Both the position numbers and the translations under genes were made by a program. A DNA stretch of 63,503 nt, filler included, from Candidatus Woesearchaeota archaeon (GTDB lineage: Archaea; Nanobdellota; Nanobdellia; Woesearchaeales; J072), in NCBI GenBank assembly GCA_003695265.1. It is 4 parts of 4 records of this genome, joined end to end, with 100 filler letters (N's around TTAATTAATTAA, not from the genome) between each part and the next. Parts side by side here need not be neighbours in the genome. Positions count along the whole stretch, not along the records: positions 1 to 6,623 come from RFII01000075.1; positions 6,724 to 17,986 come from RFII01000076.1; 2 more parts are not named here. One strand, written 5' to 3'. Positions within the stretch are counted from its first letter, which is position 1, and each line of letters opens with the position of its first letter. The notes beneath the pieces are model-generated. The model was given only the letters and a program-made list of their open reading frames with translations. It ran no database searches and had not been told where the DNA came from. Below, piece by piece: positions 1 to 8,714 of the stretch.

Positions 1-289
1 AATAAGCTTATTAAAAGGTTTTTTGTTACCACAAACAGGATAAGCGCTTTTGATTATTAAAAGGTTTATTCACCAAACTCAATATCGCTAATAATTACCT
101 CAACTTTTTTTGCCCATCCTGGTGGTGCATCATCAATAACATACCCCCAATCTTTAACATAATTGAATTCTTGCTAAACTTATTATCCTATTTTTTATAA
201 TTAAAATTTATCATCACTTAGTGTTCAATAATTAACCCTAAAAAGCGCAAGGTTTATATAGGAAGTATTCACATAAAAAACAGGGAAAA

Positions 290-922
290 ATGATTAATAT
301 TCTGCGAGCATTCATAAACAAGGTTTTCAAGAACCTGTTTAAGAAAAAGAAGCATATAAAGCTTGGCCTGTACGGCCCGCCGAACGGTGGAAAAACAACT
401 CTTGCTAATAGGATTTGCCAGGACTGGCTCGGCGAGGATATGGGCAAAGTAAGCAACATAGCCCATGAAACAAGAGAAATCCAGATTAAGGAGCAGATTA
501 ACATAAAGTCTAATGGAAAACAGCTCTCATTCAACCTTGTTGACACGCCTGGAATAGCAACTAAGATTGATTACGAGGACTTCTTGAAAGCAGGCATGAA
601 AGAAAAGCAGGCTAAAAAGCGCGCAAAAGAGGCTACGCGCGGCGTAATAAACGCTATAAAATGGCTTGATGAAATGGACACTGTCATAATTGTTCTTGAC
701 TCGACAAAAGACCCTTACTCTCAAGTTAATATCACAATTATCGGAAATTTGGAAGCAAGAAAAATTCCTGTTATGATTGTCGCGAACAAGATTGACTTGA
801 AAAAGTCGAACATAAAAAGCATTGAGGCAGCTTTCCCGCAGTACAACGTCGTGGGTATATCTGCGAAGTTCGGCAACAACATGGACAAGTTTTACGAGGC
901 TTTGTTCGCGTTAGCAGGGTAA
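290..922 (+). CDS. oapA: Era-like small GTP-binding protein (OapA/ArvA)
   Basis: GPPNGGKT (G1), DTPG (G3) and NKID (G4) motifs; first gene of the conserved archaeal GTPase-DUF2073-Zn-ribbon trio. Confidence 0.9.
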   Translation: MINILRAFINKVFKNLFKKKKHIKLGLYGPPNGGKTTLANRICQDWLGEDMGKVSNIAHETREIQIKEQINIKSNGKQLSFNLVDTPGIATKIDYEDFLKAGMKEKQAKKRAKEATRGVINAIKWLDEMDTVIIVLDSTKDPYSQVNITIIGNLEARKIPVMIVANKIDLKKSNIKSIEAAFPQYNVVGISAKFGNNMDKFYEALFALAG

Positions 923-936
923 AAAGAGGTGCGAAT

Positions 937-1326
937 GTGTTAACACTACAGTTCATTCCGTACTCGGAAATTGAGAATTTGCCTGCTGAGAAGAGAATAG
1001 CCAAACTGTTGAACATGGCTAAAGAGGAGAAGATCGTGCTGCTTGAGGGCCGGCTAAAAAGAGAGGAAGAGGCAGAGCTTATAAGAAGAACAATGGAGGA
1101 GGTTGACCGCAAATTCAAAGGCATTGAGCTCGGCGTTGTTTACCCTAAAAAACATAATAACTCTGCCGGGCTGAAAAAAATAAAAGAAGGCTTTGTCAAC
1201 ATGCTGCTTGGAGACAGGCAGGGCTTTACTATTGTCGGCCCAGCAACGATTGTCAAGGAGATCAAGCAGGATCCTAACAAGATTCAGCTCTTCACAAAAG
1301 ATGTGAAGAGGAAGAGGAAGCGATAA
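937..1326 (+). CDS. oapB: DUF2073 family protein (OapB/ArvB)
   Basis: VLLEGRLKREEEAELI and FTIVGPATIVKEIKQDP motifs; position between the GTPase and Zn-ribbon genes. Confidence 0.85.
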   Translation: MLTLQFIPYSEIENLPAEKRIAKLLNMAKEEKIVLLEGRLKREEEAELIRRTMEEVDRKFKGIELGVVYPKKHNNSAGLKKIKEGFVNMLLGDRQGFTIVGPATIVKEIKQDPNKIQLFTKDVKRKRKR

Positions 1327-1703
1327 TGCCACACCAATGCGTGAGATGCAATAAGATTTATGATGACGGCTCCCAGGAGATTCTTCATGGGTGCTCTTGC
1401 GGCGGAAAACTTTTCTTTTTCATAAAGAAGAGGTACTTGGAAGAAAAGCCGGCAACTGTTGCTCTCTCTAAAAAAGAGAAGAAGCAGATAGAAAAGGATG
1501 TTTTTGACCTGTTAGGAACACAAATAGATAGGGATAAACCGGTAATATTAGACCTTGAAGCTATTAGAATTCTTAAGCCTGGAAAGTACGAGCTTGACTT
1601 AGTGCATCTGTTCAAGAATGAGCCTCTCATATACAAGCTTGAAGAAGGCAAGTATATGATTGACCTGATTCAGACTTTTAAGAACATTAGAGAGAATAAA
1701 TAA
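1326..1703 (+). CDS. oapC: Zn-ribbon protein DUF2072 (OapC/ArvC)
   Basis: MPHQCVRC...GCSCGGKLFFF start; IRILKPGKYELDL and EEGKYMIDL motifs. Confidence 0.9.
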   Translation: MPHQCVRCNKIYDDGSQEILHGCSCGGKLFFFIKKRYLEEKPATVALSKKEKKQIEKDVFDLLGTQIDRDKPVILDLEAIRILKPGKYELDLVHLFKNEPLIYKLEEGKYMIDLIQTFKNIRENK

Positions 1704-2449
1704 TGATTTTAGTAGATGCGCACGCACACCTTGATGATAAAAGCTTTAAAGACATTTCTGAAGTTGTTGGCAGAGCTGAGAAGGTTGGTGTGAAAGAGGT
1801 TATTACTAATGGGGTAGGACCAGCTTCGAACCGCAAATCGCTTGAGATAGCAAGAAAGTTCTCGATTGTAAAAGCCGCGTTAGGGATTTATCCCTGTGAG
1901 GCTGATAAGATGAGCAGCGAGGAGATTTCTGCCGAGATTGATTTCATTGAGAAAAATAAAAACAAGGTAATTGCTATTGGCGAGGTCGGCCTGGATTTTT
2001 ATTGGAAGCCTTATGATGAAAAAAAACAGAAGGATGCATTTCAGAAGTTTATAGGATTAAGTGAGAGGCTGAGAATACCATTAATAGTTCATTCGCGTAA
2101 GGCAGAAGCTGAAGTTATTGAGATGATTGAGTCAAGCAGGGCAAAGCCGTTAATTCACTGTTTTGGGGGAAGTATGAAGCTTGCAAAAAGGATTGCAGAC
2201 AACGGCTGGTCATTCTCTATTCCATGTATTGTTGTGCGTGACGACCATTTCCAGCGCCTGGTAAGAGAGGTGAATATCAGCCAGTTGCTTACTGAGACTG
2301 ACTCTCCTTATTTAGCTGCAAGAAAAGATGAGAGGAACGAGCCTGCTTTTGTCTTGGAGTCTGTGAGGAAAATCGCAAGTCTTAAAGGATTAGACGTTGA
2401 GGAGGCAGCAAATATTATTTACATGAATTATCAGCGCTTGTTTAAGTAA
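1703..2449 (+). CDS. tatD: TatD family hydrolase/DNase
   Basis: DAHAH, IGEVGLD, VHSR, IHCF and TETDSPY motifs. Confidence 0.92.
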   Translation: MILVDAHAHLDDKSFKDISEVVGRAEKVGVKEVITNGVGPASNRKSLEIARKFSIVKAALGIYPCEADKMSSEEISAEIDFIEKNKNKVIAIGEVGLDFYWKPYDEKKQKDAFQKFIGLSERLRIPLIVHSRKAEAEVIEMIESSRAKPLIHCFGGSMKLAKRIADNGWSFSIPCIVVRDDHFQRLVREVNISQLLTETDSPYLAARKDERNEPAFVLESVRKIASLKGLDVEEAANIIYMNYQRLFK

Positions 2450-2483
2450 AACTTTAAATATGTCGGCTTTCCTTCACCTAAAA

Positions 2484-3521
2484 ATGAGCTTGAGTGAGAA
2501 AGAAATCAGTGAATTCAGGGTTCTGCTAGAAAGCTCTGAAAAACCGTTTTTCATGTTTGATGACGATCCTGACGGGCTGTGCTCTTTCCTCCTGCTTTAC
2601 AGGGCTGTTATGAGGGGCAGGGGGCTGCCTATTAAGGCAAGACCTGCTTTGGATGAGAGTTTTGTGAGAAAAGTCGTTGATTACAGCCCTGACAGGGTGT
2701 TTGTTTTAGACAAGCCTTTAGTAACTCAGGAGTTTATTGATGAGGTTAACAGGGATGTTGTGTGGCTCGATCATCATCCTCCTGTCAAGAGGCGCAAAGT
2801 AAAGTATTTTAACCCGATGCTGAATAATGCTAATGACAACAGGCCGACTTCTTACTGGGCTTACAAAATAGTTGATGGTGATTTGTGGGTTGCAATGACT
2901 GGATGTGTTGCTGACTGGCACATCCCTGATTTTGTCGGAGAGTTCAGAAAAAAACATCCTGGTCTGCTTCCAGAGAATATTAGAAAGCCTGAGGACGCGC
3001 TTTTCAAATCGAGGATAGGGGAGCTTGCAAGAATTTTCTCGTTTGTGCTGAAAGGAAAAACAAAGGAGGTGTTGCAAAGCATAAAAGTATTAACAAGAAT
3101 AAAATCTCCTGAGGAAATTCTTGATCAAACAACAGCGCAGGGCAAGTTTATTTGGAAGCGCCAAAAAAGGATTCATGATGAATATAGGGAGATTTTGTCT
3201 GGCATAAAGGTTGGAGAAGACAAGATTGCTGTTCACATTTACAAGGCCAATAAGATGTCTTTCACTTCTGAGCTGAGCAATGAGATTATTTACAGGCACC
3301 CTGACAAAATTGTTATTATTGGAAGGGAGAAGTCAGGCGAGATAAAGTCATCTATAAGGTCTTCCGACGTAAAGCTTCCTCCAATTATAGAGAAAGCGCT
3401 CAAAGGCTTGAACGGTTATGGCGGCGGCCATGACAACGCGTGCGGCGCATGCGTCAAAAAAGAGGATTTCCCAGAATTCTTGAGGAGGATGAAGAAAGAA
3501 GTGAAAAAAGCTTTAATATAA
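2484..3521 (+). CDS. DHH family phosphoesterase with DHHA1 domain
   Basis: DDDPDG, LDHH and GGGHDNACG motifs; start moved from 2460 to the ATG at 2484, about 25 nt after a TTTAAATA box. Confidence 0.85.
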   Translation: MSLSEKEISEFRVLLESSEKPFFMFDDDPDGLCSFLLLYRAVMRGRGLPIKARPALDESFVRKVVDYSPDRVFVLDKPLVTQEFIDEVNRDVVWLDHHPPVKRRKVKYFNPMLNNANDNRPTSYWAYKIVDGDLWVAMTGCVADWHIPDFVGEFRKKHPGLLPENIRKPEDALFKSRIGELARIFSFVLKGKTKEVLQSIKVLTRIKSPEEILDQTTAQGKFIWKRQKRIHDEYREILSGIKVGEDKIAVHIYKANKMSFTSELSNEIIYRHPDKIVIIGREKSGEIKSSIRSSDVKLPPIIEKALKGLNGYGGGHDNACGACVKKEDFPEFLRRMKKEVKKALI

Positions 3522-3540
3522 CAAGTCTTTTTGTTGTTTT

Positions 3541-4194
3541 ATGGCCGAGATAAAGATTGTCTGCACTGATTTGGATGGGACTCTTGCGCAGTATGACCGT
3601 GGCGAATTCCACAGCTCATGGGATGCTTTAGCATGGGTATTGCCAGATGATAGAAGAAAAGAATGGGATGAAAACTTAAAAAAGTATTATCCGCGCCCAG
3701 ACTTGTATGAGGAATGGAACAGGAAAGACGCCCAGTTGTTAAAAGGAATTCCCATTAAGGATGCTGAGAAGGTATTGTTTCCAATACCTTACAGCCCAGG
3801 AGCAAGAGAGTTCTTTATAGAAAAATCAGGCAGATACATAACAGGGATTCTCAGCTCTGGCATTGATATTGTGGCAAGGCGCGCCTGCCAAGAATTAGGT
3901 ATGAACTTCTGGCGCGCAAACGTTTTTGGAGTTAGAAACGGAAGGTTTGATGGAAGTGTTGAGCAGATTGACATGTGGAGAAAGCATGAAGTCCTGTTGG
4001 AAATTCTTGCAGAAGAGTTTCCAGGAATAAAGCCTGAAAATGTTTGTTATGTTGGAGACCACGAAATTGACATTGCTGTGTTTAAGGTTGTTGGCTTGCC
4101 AATAGCTATGAACCCTAAGAACAACGACGTGGTCGAAGCTGCTGAGGGAAGAGTAATAACTGATTTTAGGGAATTAGAAGAGTATCTTACTTGA
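3541..4194 (+). CDS. HAD-superfamily phosphatase (phosphoserine phosphatase-like)
   Basis: DLDGTL motif I, LSSG motif II, VGDHEIDI motif IV. Confidence 0.85.
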   Translation: MAEIKIVCTDLDGTLAQYDRGEFHSSWDALAWVLPDDRRKEWDENLKKYYPRPDLYEEWNRKDAQLLKGIPIKDAEKVLFPIPYSPGAREFFIEKSGRYITGILSSGIDIVARRACQELGMNFWRANVFGVRNGRFDGSVEQIDMWRKHEVLLEILAEEFPGIKPENVCYVGDHEIDIAVFKVVGLPIAMNPKNNDVVEAAEGRVITDFRELEEYLT

Positions 4195-5551
4195 ACTTTA
4201 TGTTCTGCATGCTTTTCATGCCACTCATTTTCTTAAGCATTTTCTCCATCTGCTTTGGAGAGTCGCCCTTGAGCATTTTCATCATTTTTTTGCTCTGCTT
4301 GTACTGTTTGAGAAGTTCTCTTATTTCCTTCATGGAGCAACCAGAACCTTTGGCAATGCGCTCAATTCTAGAAAGTGATATTATCTCGGGCTCCTCAAGC
4401 TCTTCTTTTGTCATGGAATCCATTATGTAGCGCCATTTCACAAGCTTTTTCTCCTGAACCTGAAGCAGGTCTTTAGGCATTTTCAACTGGCCAAATCCGG
4501 GAATCATCTCCATTATTTTGCCTAAAGGACCCATTTTTCTCATTGTTTCCATCTGCTCGTAAAGGTCAATTAGGTTGAAGTCTCCTTTTAGAAACTTCTT
4601 GCCCATATCCTTTGCTTCTTCTTCGCTGATAGCCTCATTTGCTTTCTCGAGCAGTGCCTCAAGGTCACCCATTCCAAGAAGCCTGCCCACAAATCCTTTG
4701 GGCCTAAACTCTTCCAAGTCCTCGGGCTTCTCTCCTGTAGTTATGAACTTGACAGGCGCGTCTGTGACTGAGCACGCTATCAGTGCTCCGCCGCCTTTGG
4801 CAGTGCCGTCCATCTTTGTTATAATGACACCTGTAACGCCGCAAGAGTCATGGAATGCCTGCGCCTGCTTCTCAGCTGCCTGGCCCACATCAGCCCCTAT
4901 TATGAGGAGCGTTTCGTTCGGCTTGATTTTTTTTGAAAGGGAATTTATTTCTTTTATGAGGTCGTCAGACAAGGCGTCCCTGCCTGCCGTGTCTATTATC
5001 ACAATATCAAATTTGTTGAGTTCTGACTCGTGCTTTTCCCATATTTTAAGAGCGTCTTTCTCTTTTTTGTCTATGAAAACAGGAGCGTTCACTTGTTTTG
5101 CGACTTGCTCTATTTGCTCCATTGCTGCAGGCCTGTGAACGTCTAAGCCGACAAGAGCAACCTTGAAGCCGCGCTTCATAAAGAACTTAGCGAGCTTCCC
5201 AGAAGAAGTCGTCTTGCCGTTTCCAAAAAGGCCCACAAGCATTATCTTGAAAGGCTTTCCCTTAACGTCAATCTTATAACCCTCGCCTCCAAGGAAAGCT
5301 ACCAATTCCTCGTAAACAATGTTGATTAAGTGCTCTTTTTTTGTCAGCCCTGAAGGGGCTTCTTCTTTTAGCGCTCTTTCTTTTATTTTTTTTGTAAGGT
5401 CAAACACAAGCTTTACGTTGACGTCAGACTGGAGAAGAGCTTTCTGGATTTCCTTGATTAACTCATTTATCAGCCTTTCATCTACAAAAACGCTCTTTGC
5501 TATTTTTTGCAGAGTATTTTTCAGAGAGCTCCCTAGCTTTTCAAGCACCAT
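4187..5551 (-). CDS. srp54: Signal recognition particle protein SRP54
   Basis: ALLQSDVNVKLV, GLFGNGKTT, DTAGR, TKMDGTAKGGGAL and Met-rich M domain. Confidence 0.97.
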   Translation of the reverse strand: MVLEKLGSSLKNTLQKIAKSVFVDERLINELIKEIQKALLQSDVNVKLVFDLTKKIKERALKEEAPSGLTKKEHLINIVYEELVAFLGGEGYKIDVKGKPFKIMLVGLFGNGKTTSSGKLAKFFMKRGFKVALVGLDVHRPAAMEQIEQVAKQVNAPVFIDKKEKDALKIWEKHESELNKFDIVIIDTAGRDALSDDLIKEINSLSKKIKPNETLLIIGADVGQAAEKQAQAFHDSCGVTGVIITKMDGTAKGGGALIACSVTDAPVKFITTGEKPEDLEEFRPKGFVGRLLGMGDLEALLEKANEAISEEEAKDMGKKFLKGDFNLIDLYEQMETMRKMGPLGKIMEMIPGFGQLKMPKDLLQVQEKKLVKWRYIMDSMTKEELEEPEIISLSRIERIAKGSGCSMKEIRELLKQYKQSKKMMKMLKGDSPKQMEKMLKKMSGMKSMQNIKFK

Positions 5552-5608
5552 GAGCTAAGAGAAAGCCTGTTTATTTATAAAAGTAACTAAAAAAATAAAA
5601 AATAAGAA

Positions 5609-5950
5609 TTAGTCAGAGGCCAACGCCCATACCTGCTTGAAAGCAACAACTATCGCTGCAGGAGCGACAAGCACTGTAACATATTTCAGAATTGCTGTTA
5701 ATATTCCTCCGAGGAATTCTCCCAAGCCGCTCAAAGCTCCGGTCGTTATCACAAGGGTTATTGTTGCCACTAAAAACGGCGTTGATTCCTTCTCTGTTAT
5801 GTTGAGAAAGCCAATAACCAAGCCCAACACAATCAGGATCCACACCCAGAGCCCATCATCCATTCCCGGGCTGATAAGGCCTATTATCACGGCAATAAGA
5901 ATGCCAATCAAGAAAACCCACTTGCCAAAGCCAGCGTCTTTTTTCGCCAT
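5609..5950 (-). CDS. Small multi-pass membrane protein, uncharacterised (paralog of 12656..13018)
   Basis: About four hydrophobic segments; LGLVIGFLNITEKE..FLVA motif; strong SD GGGGGTGA upstream. Confidence 0.8.
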   Translation of the reverse strand: MAKKDAGFGKWVFLIGILIAVIIGLISPGMDDGLWVWILIVLGLVIGFLNITEKESTPFLVATITLVITTGALSGLGEFLGGILTAILKYVTVLVAPAAIVVAFKQVWALASD

Positions 5951-6068
5951 TTAATCACCCCCAAAATATCCTTAACAAAAAATATTGGTTTTTCCATTAT
6001 AAATAATTTGCTGTTTTTAAGAAGGTAAATTAATAAAATTAAAATAAGTCAGATAACTTTAAAGTTTC

Positions 6069-6428
6069 ATGGTGCGCTACCCTAAGATTTCTGACACTCC
6101 GGACAAGTTTGACTTAAAAGGGAACAAGCTTTGCAGGAATTGCAGCAAGCAAATTGCAAAGGGGAGAAGGCATTACTGCTCTAAGAAATGCATGGAAGAT
6201 TTCAACAGGAATAACTCATGGTATTTTGTCAGGAAAGACGTTCTTAGAAGAGACAATTACAGGTGCAGCATCTGCAAGAAGAGGTTTAGGAAAGCAGATC
6301 TTGACATTGATCATATAATACCTGTGAGGATGGGTGGAAAGCTCTTTGAGAAAGCCAATCTTAGGACTTTATGCAAGGAATGCCACAAGGCAAAGAGCAG
6401 GCTTGACAAAGAGGCGCTAAACTATTAA
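6069..6428 (+). CDS. Stand-alone HNH endonuclease with N-terminal Zn-finger
   Basis: CRNC...YCSKKC, then RDNYRCSIC...DIDHIIP...NLRTLCKECH. Confidence 0.88.
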   Translation: MVRYPKISDTPDKFDLKGNKLCRNCSKQIAKGRRHYCSKKCMEDFNRNNSWYFVRKDVLRRDNYRCSICKKRFRKADLDIDHIIPVRMGGKLFEKANLRTLCKECHKAKSRLDKEALNY

Positions 6429-6452
6429 TTGTTTTTTGAAAAAAGAATAGTA

Positions 6453-6623
6453 TGCGCCGGCCGGGACTTTCAACAGATTTTACCGTTGAGGTTCGTGAGA
6501 CTTCACGCAGTGAACGTCTCACTAAAACGCTTTTTACCAGATTTTGGCAAAAATCTGTTTCGAACCCGGATCGACGGCTTGGAAGGCCGTAATCATCTAT
6601 GGCAACCGGTTGCGAACGTTAGT
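6453..6623 (-). tRNA. tRNA-Gly(TCC), 5' end lost in the contig gap; T-loop intron 6467-6558 (92 nt, 59/60) and a D-loop intron running from 6597 into the gap
   Basis: Reverse complement reads ...ATGATT ACGGC CTTCCAA GCCGT CGAT CCGGG TTCGAA [intron] T CCCGG CCGGCGC A; BHB-like junctions GAA-AG^T and CCAT-AG^A. Confidence 0.88.
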
Positions 6624-6723
6624 NNNNNNNNNNNNNNNNNNNNNNNNNNNNNNNNNNNNNNNNNNNNTTAATTAATTAANNNNNNNNNNNNNNNNNNNNN
6701 NNNNNNNNNNNNNNNNNNNNNNN
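6624..6723. other. Artificial contig-join linker
   Basis: 100 nt of N with central TTAATTAATTAA (stops in all frames); identical at three places. Confidence 0.97.
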
Positions 6724-7358
6724 GCATTGTCTTTATGGTTGTTCATATAATCAAGAATGTTATCAATTATAGGATAACACTCTCTTGCTTTTTTCTCATT
6801 AATTTTTTTTATTATTTCCCTTACTTGATTCTTAAAAACTTTTGAAGAGTTAAAAAAATCAAAAATTTTTATTCCTAAAAATGCGCCTTGAAGGTATAAG
6901 TCAGCATAATCCCCCTGAAGAAGGGTTCTCTCAAAGTCTAGAATGGCTGGCTGCTTTTCCTCAATGGTTTCCCAGTCAGCAGCAAGTTCAGCATAGTACC
7001 TGATTTTCTCGACATAATAATCGTGCAAAGGCCCGTCGCAAAAACCGTAGTTCACAATCCAGAATCTGAAACAGAACAGTTTGTGCAAGCGCTGGTCTGT
7101 TTTGACAATTAGCTCTTCTGTCTTTCTTTTCTCTTTTTCGTAATCTTTCTTTATTTTTTCGAAGCCAGCAAACAATTCTTTTTGTTGCTGGTAGATAAAT
7201 TTTTTGAATTCCTTGGGTTTGTTAAAATATTTTTTGGCTAGCTTCTCAAATAAAGGTATTATTTTTGGGAATTTTCTTGGGTAAAAATTGCAGAAACCTT
7301 CTAAATCGTTTGGAAGGCTTTTTGGAAATTGGAAAATGCTTTTATCAATCTGCTGCAT
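6724..7358 (-). CDS. Hypothetical protein, 3' truncated by gap; coupled to the upstream GHKL fusion
   Basis: ATG at 7358 (MQQIDK) overlaps the end of 7345..8622 and follows GAGGGTG; no motif recognised. Confidence 0.75.
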
Positions 7359-8622
7359 AAACCACACCCTCATTAGCGTCAACAATCACCTTTTGCCCGT
7401 CTTTTAATTTTTTTGTTGCTGTTTGTGTTCCGACGATACAAGGAATATTGAACTCCCTTGCAACTATCGCAGCATGGCATAACATTCCGCCCATATCTGT
7501 AACAATAGCGCCAGCCCTTCTTATCTGCAATAAAAAGTAGGGTCTTGTCATAGAAGTCACAAGTATGTCGCCTGGCTTAATTTTTTCCAATTCTTTCCTG
7601 GTTGTCTTGGCTCCGAGGAATATGTTTCTTACTATTCCTTCAACCCTTCCAGGATGGGCTGGAAAACCCTTGCAAAGAACTTTTTGCCTGACATCATAAT
7701 CTCTTAGGAATTTCATTAATTCTTTCGCTACTGTCTTATATTCTTTTGATTCTGTAATCCACTGCCTCTTATTATGCGAGACAGGCACATGGTCCATGTA
7801 CAGTTCTCCAATGATCTGTTTTGTTTTTGGGTCTTTGCCCAAACCGATTTTGTCATAGCTTGTGATTAGCCTTCCTTTCCTGAAAGTGTTAAACCCGTAA
7901 TACTCTTTAACTGAGCCAGCTAGTTTAAATCCGAACCAGCCTTTTAATATGTGGCCATCATCCAATTTAAGTGAGAATTCCTTTTTTCCGTCCGAAGTTA
8001 GTTTTGGAATAATTTCTTTGCATTTCTTGTTGTTGATGTTTATTTCCACTTCGTTTGTGCTTATGAAAGGGCCAAACCTTATTCCAAACTCGTCTGCAAG
8101 TTTGTCAATCTCTTTCTTATCAACTTTAACAATAATATTATTTATTTTTATATGAGTGTAGCTTTCCTTTGACCCTTTCCTTACTATTAATGGGTATTTG
8201 TCCCACCTACCTGATTTCATCCATTTTGACTCATCAAATTCCACGCAATACTCTTCATTTATACCAATAGGAGATGTTTTGATACTGAATTTTGTTCCCA
8301 AGCTTAAACAAGCAGTTTTGAGCCCCAGACCGAATTTTCCAAGTTTTTCACTCTTTTCTTTTGTGCTAAAACCGAGTTGAAGAACTTTTGATGCAATATC
8401 TTTCGGCATTCCGTGTCCGTTGTCAGAAATCTTTATTTCTTTCTGGTTTATTGTAATATCAATCTTCAGCTTTTTATTTGGCAGGGCTGCGTCAATAGAA
8501 TTATCTATCAGCTCAGCAATAGCCTCGCTAAGGCTGTAACCAGACTGCCCTAATTTTAACATAATGCTCCTGTGAGGGGTAATGTCAACGTATTCTACTA
8601 TTTTTTTTGCTGGTTTCTCCAT
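7345..8622 (-). CDS. MORC-like GHKL ATPase fused to a PEP-utilising phosphohistidine swivel domain
   Basis: ELIDNSIDA, ISDNGHGM and LGKFGLGLKTA Bergerat-fold motifs; C-terminal GDILVTSMT...VTDMGGMLCHAAIVAREFNIPCIVG. Confidence 0.88.
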   Translation of the reverse strand: MEKPAKKIVEYVDITPHRSIMLKLGQSGYSLSEAIAELIDNSIDAALPNKKLKIDITINQKEIKISDNGHGMPKDIASKVLQLGFSTKEKSEKLGKFGLGLKTACLSLGTKFSIKTSPIGINEEYCVEFDESKWMKSGRWDKYPLIVRKGSKESYTHIKINNIIVKVDKKEIDKLADEFGIRFGPFISTNEVEININNKKCKEIIPKLTSDGKKEFSLKLDDGHILKGWFGFKLAGSVKEYYGFNTFRKGRLITSYDKIGLGKDPKTKQIIGELYMDHVPVSHNKRQWITESKEYKTVAKELMKFLRDYDVRQKVLCKGFPAHPGRVEGIVRNIFLGAKTTRKELEKIKPGDILVTSMTRPYFLLQIRRAGAIVTDMGGMLCHAAIVAREFNIPCIVGTQTATKKLKDGQKVIVDANEGVVYAAD

Positions 8623-8714
8623 TGTGTTAAAAAATATTGTTTTGTTATGACTATATAAATTTTGCTTTTTATGTTTAGAAAAAATTATAAAAGAATAAAA
8701 TTAATGAACAAAGA

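Noticed and set aside
66..173. Protein-like minus-strand frame (QEFNYVKDWGYVIDDAPPGWAKKVEVIISDIEFGE*)
   Set aside because: No start codon and an in-frame stop directly upstream; may be a gene remnant but cannot be supported.
1..289. Replication origin next to oapABC
   Set aside because: AT-rich, but no ORB/mini-ORB repeats or cdc6 are visible.
6429..6671. 80-aa ORF in the track
   Set aside because: It is the antisense of the intron-containing tRNA-Gly and runs into Ns.
6624..6723. TTAATTAATTAA palindrome repeated three times, and an apparent island bounded by tRNA-Gly and tRNA-His
   Set aside because: Artificial linker between contigs; tRNA-Gly and the GHKL block are on different contigs.
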